Origin: an uncultured virus (IMG/VR IMGVR_UViG_3300029914_000017)
Taxonomy: Duplodnaviria > Heunggongvirae > Uroviricota > Caudoviricetes
Direction: 5' to 3' (one strand)
Length of the DNA stretch: 20,000 nt
Virus record (IMG/VR): IMGVR_UViG_3300029914_000017
Under the pieces are notes generated by a model that ran no database searches, had not been told where the DNA came from, and saw nothing but the letters and a program-made list of their open reading frames with translations. This document shows, one piece after another, positions 8,862 to 14,050 of this stretch. How positions within the stretch are numbered: position 1 is the first letter of the stretch; the number at the start of each line of letters is the position of its first letter. The translations under genes were made by a program, and so were the position numbers.

Positions 8862-9050
8862 TTATTTTTCTAAATAAACATATCCCATTATATGTGTTAT
8901 AAATGATTCATCTGTTCTCTCTTCGCTTATGTCTCTATCATAATAATATGAACCATCCGCCAATGGAGGATAATCGCAATCAATTTCAAAATTAACGTTA
9001 TATCGTTTCAATATTCTGGAATGTTTAGCTTTAAAAATTGCTGTTTTCAT
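8862..9050 (-). pseudogene. 5' fragment of the gene interrupted by the IS607-like element
   Basis: 62-aa ORF whose last residues and stop fall in the AT-rich IS left end; joins in frame to 6741-6873. Confidence 0.65.
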
Positions 9051-9358
9051 TTATTAGTTTTAGTTTTTATAATTAAACGTTCCAAAGTTCCCGTAATATA
9101 ATAATCTATATCTTCTAAATCAAATAAACGAATATCTGATCTACATTCTTCACCATCTTCAAAATGATTTGAAACTACCATAATGGTTACCTCATCACAC
9201 ATTAGTTTCGTTATATAAAAACCTTTTTGTAGCGTAGTTTCAATACATATCTCTTCCTTTATATCAATATCTACAACACCATCTTTATTCAAGGATAGTA
9301 TTCGACCCATATTCTCTTTAATTATTTGTTTTTTTAAATTATCAATTCGTTTGTCCAT
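9047..9358 (-). CDS. hypothetical protein
   Basis: ATG at 9358 (MDKRID) preferred over the TTG at 9367. First gene after a promoter. Confidence 0.7.
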   Translation of the reverse strand: MDKRIDNLKKQIIKENMGRILSLNKDGVVDIDIKEEICIETTLQKGFYITKLMCDEVTIMVVSNHFEDGEECRSDIRLFDLEDIDYYITGTLERLIIKTKTNK

Positions 9359-9382
9359 AATAATCAAGTTTTAAATTCGAGA

Positions 9383-9414
9383 CAAATGTACATAAAAAAA
9401 TCCTAAAAAACAAG
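9383..9414 (-). promoter_or_regulatory. Bacteroidota-type -33/-7 promoter
   Basis: Minus strand CTTG-N20-TACATTTG. Confidence 0.75.
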
Positions 9415-9427
9415 TCTCTTAGGATTT
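9394..9427 (-). terminator. Intrinsic terminator overlapping the promoter -33 element
   Basis: Minus strand AAATCCTAAGAGA-CTTG-TTTTTTAGGATTT then T-tract, downstream of the stop at 9453. Confidence 0.65.
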
Positions 9428-9452
9428 ATTAACTATTATTTTAATTTGATTA

Positions 9453-9938
9453 TTAAATCATTTTTTTAGTTCTCTTAATGTATTCCATCATCAGATATCT
9501 TATATTCGATTCGATTAATTTTGATTCGTAGAATGGTTCATTAAGCTTATTGCTTGATTTTTTTAAATCAGAATAGTATCTATCAAAATCCGATTGAGCT
9601 TTTTGTTTCCAATCAGCTGGCCTATTAATCATTGGTAAACTATCCTTTGGAATATTATTTTTTTCGATTTCTTTTGGGTCAAAATTTTTAAAATTGTCAC
9701 CGAACATATCTATTGTGTCCTGAAGATTTTTCCTTTCAATTAACTTAATATATTTATCCAAATTTCGATTAACCAAGTCCCTGTTAGATTTTCCATATAT
9801 ACGTGTTAATGATCTACGCATATATTCAATGAAGTTGATTGCAGCTTGTGTTTTTGATTCACCGAATGTTTCATTTACTATTTTTCGGACTAAATTCGTT
9901 AATTGGCTTTCGTTTAATACTATTGCTTTATTTTCCAT
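9453..9938 (-). CDS. hypothetical protein with N-terminal LNESQL..LVRKIVNE motif (possible virion/late protein)
   Basis: 161-aa ORF preceded by the TATTTATATTAAA motif. Virion role is inference. Confidence 0.65.
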   Translation of the reverse strand: MENKAIVLNESQLTNLVRKIVNETFGESKTQAAINFIEYMRRSLTRIYGKSNRDLVNRNLDKYIKLIERKNLQDTIDMFGDNFKNFDPKEIEKNNIPKDSLPMINRPADWKQKAQSDFDRYYSDLKKSSNKLNEPFYESKLIESNIRYLMMEYIKRTKKMI

Positions 9939-9955
9939 TATTAAGATATTATATT

Positions 9956-9968
9956 TTTAATATAAATA
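9956..9968 (-). promoter_or_regulatory. TATTTATATTAAA upstream motif (putative phage-specific promoter)
   Basis: Second identical copy, 17 nt upstream of the ATG at 9938. Confidence 0.45.
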
Positions 9969-10006
9969 CTTGTAAAAAGGAAAAATAACATTAATTAAGG
10001 AAAAAA

Positions 10007-10321
10007 TTATTCAACTATGCCCATATTACCCCAGCGGCTTTTTAATATTTTTGTTTTGAAACCGTCATTATTATCCACAAATAGAACCAAATCAGATGTT
10101 TGGAACTTTCGCAATGCTGGAACTTTGGGGTCATTATCATACTTAAAATTATATTGACCAACATCTTCAAATGCCAAATTTTTATCTTCTCGATGCAAAT
10201 TTTCTCTAAATAAAACTAATAATCTACCATCTTCAATCATTCCGTTATTATAAGGCAATAAATCAGATGATAACGAGTCCACCGAAATGAATTCTTCTTC
10301 ATTAATTAATTGTTTTTCCAT
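10007..10321 (-). CDS. hypothetical protein
   Basis: 104-aa ORF. Confidence 0.75.
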   Translation of the reverse strand: MEKQLINEEEFISVDSLSSDLLPYNNGMIEDGRLLVLFRENLHREDKNLAFEDVGQYNFKYDNDPKVPALRKFQTSDLVLFVDNNDGFKTKILKSRWGNMGIVE

Positions 10322-10352
10322 AAATTGTTTTTATTATTGTTAAATTAATTTT

Positions 10353-10388
10353 AAAAAAGAGTTACCCATTTTCACAAATGAATAACTC
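10353..10388 (-). terminator. Intrinsic terminator of the Y-RNA/Ro60 unit
   Basis: Minus strand GAGTTATTCATTT-GTGA-AAATGGGTAACTC-TTTTTT: 13-bp stem with G-U pairs, GNRA loop, U-tract. Confidence 0.85.
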
Positions 10389-10551
10389 TCATCGGCTGTG
10401 TCAAGAATATTATGATTAAATGCTGGAAACGCAAATTACAGCCAATTTTTAAATCCGCCCAAAAAATTTAGATTAAAAACATATTAGAAATAACCTATGT
10501 TAATTTTTTAAGTTATTTATATTTAGTTTATTTTCTGGGGGTGAAATATTT

Positions 10552-12003
10552 TTATTCGTTATTTAAGCCAAGGTTAATACCTTCAGATGCTGCAATAAAG
10601 CTTATAAAATGTTCTGACCATCCACTTATCTCGCTTGTCCATACACCTTTATAGTTAATCCCGTGTGTGTTATTGCTAACATCGACAATGTAATTATATA
10701 TACCAAATGGAGAAGGTACGCTATTACTACTATCACAATCCTGACTATCAGAAAATACGATAATCCGTTCTGGTTTAATCGATGAATTCTCTTCTTTAAT
10801 ATAATTTAAACATTGTCTTGTAAATATTCCTCCGCCACCTAATTTGCTTTTTAATGCATCAATTTGAGTAAACAGCCCAAATCCAGTTGATGGGTATTTA
10901 ATTTGTTCAGTTGAATGAATCCTTCGACCATCACTTCCAGCAGTACAATACACAATGATATTTTCACACAAATTAACAGCTAACAAGCACATTGCTTTTG
11001 CAACATCCATTCTATTAAATTCAGATTTACCACTCATATTAGCTTCCATTGAACCACTAACATCTACGACAAAAACAGTAGTTCCTTTTAATTTAGGTAA
11101 TTGTGACCAACCATCAATCATTAATTTTTCTAATTCTTTAGAAAATTCGGGTGCATATTTTACAGCCGATAAAAAATTAAGTGGTAAGAGCATTTTAGTA
11201 TTTAATGAAAGTAATCCTTTTCGAATTATATTTCCATCAACATCAGCTTCTTTCATATTCCTAAGATTACGCAAGAATGCCAACGAACCAAGTTTATTTT
11301 CTTCAATTAATCTTTCCCATACACCTTTATGTTGATCTTTTGGTGTAGTGGATAATCCAACCTCCCAAGTATCAGGGGTTTTTATATCATCAGAAATTAC
11401 TTTGTTAAATAATAATTGTTGTTCATCTGAAATAGCTTTTGGATGAGTTAAAAATATTAGATCTTTAAATTTAACAGATGTCTGTCTATTATATTTTCCA
11501 AAACCATATTCATTTATATTATTCAATGTCTGTTGAACTCCCCTTACCAAAGACTTAGATAATGGCCCTTGTTTTAACTGATTTTTAACAGTCCTTGCTT
11601 TACTTGAGTTTTCAGCCCAATACAATGCCACTAAATCAGTTATCATATCTGGTCGGGTACAAATTTTTGGAATTATTTCTCCAACATATTTTGAATGAGT
11701 TGAATATTTTAGCATTTCAACTAAAATCATTATAGGAGTGTGGCGAAGTTTTTGTTCTTCACGGCATTCTACAGCTAAATTAGCAACTAATTTACCATCA
11801 ATTTTAGGAATCAATGATTTAATTCGATCTGAAATTAGGTCACCATCCTGATAAGCGGCATCTTCCCATAGAAGATTAGCTAATACGCATCTACGCAGTT
11901 GTAAATAATCGCTTTGTTTTGCTGAAGCCATTCCGAAACCGCCAGCTAATTTTTCTGAATAATCTAATCTACCATCAATGGATTTTGGATTAAGTTTTGA
12001 CAT
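10552..12003 (-). CDS. rsr: Ro60-related RNA-binding protein (TROVE + vWA)
   Basis: TROVE hallmarks LRHTP, RPD, KYNR, HPK, TPDTWE and LGSLAFLRNLRNM; vWA MIDAS motif VDVSGSM and VFSDSQ. Confidence 0.92.
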   Translation of the reverse strand: MSKLNPKSIDGRLDYSEKLAGGFGMASAKQSDYLQLRRCVLANLLWEDAAYQDGDLISDRIKSLIPKIDGKLVANLAVECREEQKLRHTPIMILVEMLKYSTHSKYVGEIIPKICTRPDMITDLVALYWAENSSKARTVKNQLKQGPLSKSLVRGVQQTLNNINEYGFGKYNRQTSVKFKDLIFLTHPKAISDEQQLLFNKVISDDIKTPDTWEVGLSTTPKDQHKGVWERLIEENKLGSLAFLRNLRNMKEADVDGNIIRKGLLSLNTKMLLPLNFLSAVKYAPEFSKELEKLMIDGWSQLPKLKGTTVFVVDVSGSMEANMSGKSEFNRMDVAKAMCLLAVNLCENIIVYCTAGSDGRRIHSTEQIKYPSTGFGLFTQIDALKSKLGGGGIFTRQCLNYIKEENSSIKPERIIVFSDSQDCDSSNSVPSPFGIYNYIVDVSNNTHGINYKGVWTSEISGWSEHFISFIAASEGINLGLNNE

Positions 12004-12029
12004 TGGTAAAAAGTTTTAAAGGTAAATAA

Positions 12030-12092
12030 TAGGAAATAATCGTTGATAGGTTTTATATCGCCTATATGATGAACTATCAATCTACGTCACTA
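12030..12092 (-). ncRNA. Y-RNA-like hairpin, unit 1
   Basis: Minus strand TAG-T-GA-CGTAGA-TTGATAG-TTCATCA...CTATCAA-CGATTATT-TC-CTA: bulged helix, upper stem and TTCATCA loop motif shared with units 2 and 3. Confidence 0.7.
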
Positions 12093-12101
12093 AAATATAA
12101 G

Positions 12102-12182
12102 AAAATAGGCAACAAGCTAAAAGTAGAGTTTTTGTACAGTTCCTATAATTGTTGATGAACTACTTCTATACAGCACTATTTT
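12102..12182 (-). ncRNA. Y-RNA-like hairpin, unit 2
   Basis: Minus strand AAAATAG-T-GC-TGTA-TAGAAGTAG-TTCATCA...CTACTTTTA-GCTTGTT-GC-CTATTTT. Confidence 0.7.
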
Positions 12183-12193
12183 GTTTTTTTAAA

Positions 12194-12268
12194 ATAAATA
12201 TAGGAAATAAACTAAATCTACATTAATATCTCCAATGATGAAGTAGATTTAAACGTCACTATATTTAT
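12194..12268 (-). ncRNA. Y-RNA-like hairpin, unit 3
   Basis: Minus strand ATAAATATAG-T-GA-CGTT-TAAATCTAC-TTCATCA...GTAGATTTA-GTTTATT-TC-CTATATTTAT: perfect 10-bp and 9-bp stems. Confidence 0.75.
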
Positions 12269-12275
12269 ATTTTTG

Positions 12276-12405
12276 CTCCCACGGGAAGACTCGAACTTCC
12301 GACCACATCTTTAACATAGAAGTAACGCTTATCTACGACACCTTTTTTAAAGGGTAATATTCGTCAAGCGAGATTTTTGTGCTCTACCAACTGAGCTACA
12401 TGGGA
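12276..12405 (-). ncRNA. tRNA-Asn(GTT)-like RNA carrying an internal Y-RNA module (YrlA-like tRNA mimic, permuted)
   Basis: Acceptor TCCCATG/CGTGGGA plus discriminator G; D-arm GCTC-AGTTGGTA-GAGC; T-arm GGAAG-TTCGAGT-CTTCC; anticodon-like arm CTTCT-ATGTTAA-AGATG. About 57 extra nt after the D-arm carry the motif of units 1-3. No encoded CCA (reads CAA). Confidence 0.8.
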
Positions 12406-12422
12406 ATTTTTTAATTTCAAAA

Positions 12423-12454
12423 CAAATGTACGGATAATATATGAATAAAACAAG
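12423..12454 (-). promoter_or_regulatory. Bacteroidota-type -33/-7 promoter driving the RNA array and Ro60
   Basis: Minus strand CTTG-N20-TACATTTG, ending 17 nt upstream of the tRNA-like 5' end. Confidence 0.8.
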
Positions 12455-12481
12455 TTTTATTTGCTAAAAGTTTGATTTATT

Positions 12482-12559
12482 TTAAAAATTCGGCTCATCA
12501 TTCTCTGAATCAATGACAACATAAAATAAGTAGCATATTAAAATACAGACTATCCACAT
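12482..12559 (-). CDS. putative 25-aa membrane peptide
   Basis: MWIVCILICYLFYVVIDSENDEPNF; starts 2 nt after the stop of the 2H gene. Confidence 0.4.
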   Translation of the reverse strand: MWIVCILICYLFYVVIDSENDEPNF

Positions 12560-12561
12560 AT

Positions 12562-13119
12562 TTAATCGATTTTAAAATTTATTTCTGAACCATCAATTTT
12601 TGAATAAACTATTTTCGTTGGTTTCAATTCATATTTTAAACCTTTGAACATTTTAACGTATTTATCCCCCTTACCTTTTTTTAAATAAGCAATCGTTATA
12701 TGTGGATTAAACGTTTTGAATTCATTGGTGTTTGGTAATTTTGAAAGTTCTTTATTGCAATTGACAAGATATTTTTCCTTATCTACTTCGAATTTTAATA
12801 CTTCAAAATCATCATTTTTAAACAATGAAATATTTTTAATATAAATATTATCAAATTCATATTCGGAAATAATATCTTTAATTTGCTGATCTTTAACTTC
12901 TTTATGTAGACCATATAAGATGGTAACGTGGCTATTCTTTTCAAAGGAATACGATTTTGTTTCATCATCATATAAATCTTCTTTATTAATTTTAGATTGT
13001 AAGTCTTTGAATTCTGGAAAGTCAACATATAACATAACACACCCGAAGCCATTAACCTGTTTATTTTCAGTCAACCCCATAAGATTTTTAATCTTTGTAC
13101 CAAATTCGTTTAATTCCAT
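12562..13119 (-). CDS. 2H phosphoesterase (LigT/Acb1-like cyclic phosphodiesterase)
   Basis: Two HxT motifs about 75 aa apart: SHVTILYG and PHITIAY. Confidence 0.85.
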   Translation of the reverse strand: MELNEFGTKIKNLMGLTENKQVNGFGCVMLYVDFPEFKDLQSKINKEDLYDDETKSYSFEKNSHVTILYGLHKEVKDQQIKDIISEYEFDNIYIKNISLFKNDDFEVLKFEVDKEKYLVNCNKELSKLPNTNEFKTFNPHITIAYLKKGKGDKYVKMFKGLKYELKPTKIVYSKIDGSEINFKID

Positions 13120-13130
13120 ATTAAATTATT

Positions 13131-13143
13131 TTTAATATAAATA
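13131..13143 (-). promoter_or_regulatory. TATTTATATTAAA upstream motif (putative phage-specific promoter)
   Basis: Third identical copy, 11 nt upstream of the ATG at 13119. Confidence 0.45.
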
Positions 13144-13153
13144 TCATATTTTT

Positions 13154-13564
13154 TTATTTTATATTCCAAATTGATCCATCAAATAGCATAACTTGAATTG
13201 GATATGCTTTTGTTATTTTTTCGGATTCTTTTAACAATGTTAGTTCAAGACAGAATGTTTTATTTTCATACGCCTTAATAGGTTTGGTTAATTTTTCAAC
13301 ATAATGACTAACACTTTCGATTTTACCATCTTCGTTTTCGATTTCAATCACCATATTAAAGCCAACAATTTTTTGCTCAGATATGTTAACATAACTAATT
13401 TTAAGTTTATTTTCATTCGCATATACTTCATTAAAGATAAGTGGAGTTTTGAATGTTTCAAAATGTTCTTTCATTACGTTAATTCTATCAACACAAAATT
13501 GAATAAAAACATGTGATGCCCAAATGAACGAAACGGAAATAATTGTGTAGAATTGCCAAGCCAT
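13154..13564 (-). CDS. membrane-anchored beta-rich hypothetical protein
   Basis: N-terminal hydrophobic segment followed by an Ig-like strand pattern ending VMLFDGSIW. Confidence 0.7.
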   Translation of the reverse strand: MAWQFYTIISVSFIWASHVFIQFCVDRINVMKEHFETFKTPLIFNEVYANENKLKISYVNISEQKIVGFNMVIEIENEDGKIESVSHYVEKLTKPIKAYENKTFCLELTLLKESEKITKAYPIQVMLFDGSIWNIK

Positions 13565-13571
13565 AGTTTAT

Positions 13572-13919
13572 TTAATTTTGATATGATTTTATCATTTGGT
13601 CAAGTAAAAGGTTAATTTCATCATTAAAATTTTTAAGCGTTTTAATTATTTCGCCCCTTATTTTGTCGGTAGCCTCATCAATATCTTCTGGAAATGTATA
13701 GATATAATATCCAATAAAATTAGTTGATTGGTTCATTGTACTTTTTAAAACCATCAAATCTTCTTTTGGAATGCGTTTATTTATTGTTATATCTTCAAAC
13801 CCATCATCTAAGGTTCTTGTTAATGTATAAATTAATTTCTTTTCAGAAGCCTCATATTCAGATATAGTTGTAGTAAAACCATTTTTGGTTAAACTTATTG
13901 AAACTTTTAATATTTTCAT
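13572..13919 (-). CDS. hypothetical protein
   Basis: 115-aa ORF, first after a promoter. Confidence 0.75.
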   Translation of the reverse strand: MKILKVSISLTKNGFTTTISEYEASEKKLIYTLTRTLDDGFEDITINKRIPKEDLMVLKSTMNQSTNFIGYYIYTFPEDIDEATDKIRGEIIKTLKNFNDEINLLLDQMIKSYQN

Positions 13920-13942
13920 AAATTTTATTTTTTAATTCGATA

Positions 13943-13974
13943 CAAATGTACTAATAAATTTTATAATAAACAAG
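13943..13974 (-). promoter_or_regulatory. Bacteroidota-type -33/-7 promoter
   Basis: Minus strand CTTG-N20-TACATTTG. Confidence 0.75.
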
Positions 13975-13996
13975 TTTGTTAACACTTTTTTTAAAT

Positions 13997-14029
13997 AAAA
14001 AACCCACAACGTTTGAATTATGGGTTTTT
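13997..14029 (-). terminator. Intrinsic terminator after the GHKL ATPase
   Basis: Minus strand AAAAACCCATAAT-TCAAAC-GTTGTGGGTTTTTT. Confidence 0.75.
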
Positions 14030-14050
14030 AAAAATATAAGTTACTTATAT

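Larger units (their letters stand above)
6874..8876 (-). mobile_element. IS607-family insertion sequence (tnpA serine recombinase + tnpB)
   Basis: Coupled tnpA-tnpB genes bounded by TATTT (minus strand) at 8872-8876 and 6874-6878. Removing 1998 bp restores a reading frame. Exact ends uncertain by a few nt. Confidence 0.85.

Noticed and set aside
8783..8876. IStron (group I intron fused to the IS) that would splice the split gene back together
   Set aside because: Only about 90 nt of nearly pure A/T lie upstream of tnpA, leaving no room for a group I core.
12066..12242. C/D box (RTGATGA) or hammerhead core on the plus strand
   Set aside because: TGATGA recurs, but there is no D box or CTGANGA core, and the promoter and G-U pairs favour the minus strand, where it reads TTCATCA.
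12030..12268. CRISPR array or simple tandem DNA repeat
   Set aside because: The units share pairing pattern and short motifs, not identical repeats. Periods are irregular and no cas genes are present.
12316..12380. Group I or BHB intron in an ordinary tRNA-Asn
   Set aside because: About 57 nt is far too short for a self-splicing intron, no BHB motif is evident, and the insert matches the neighbouring hairpin motif.
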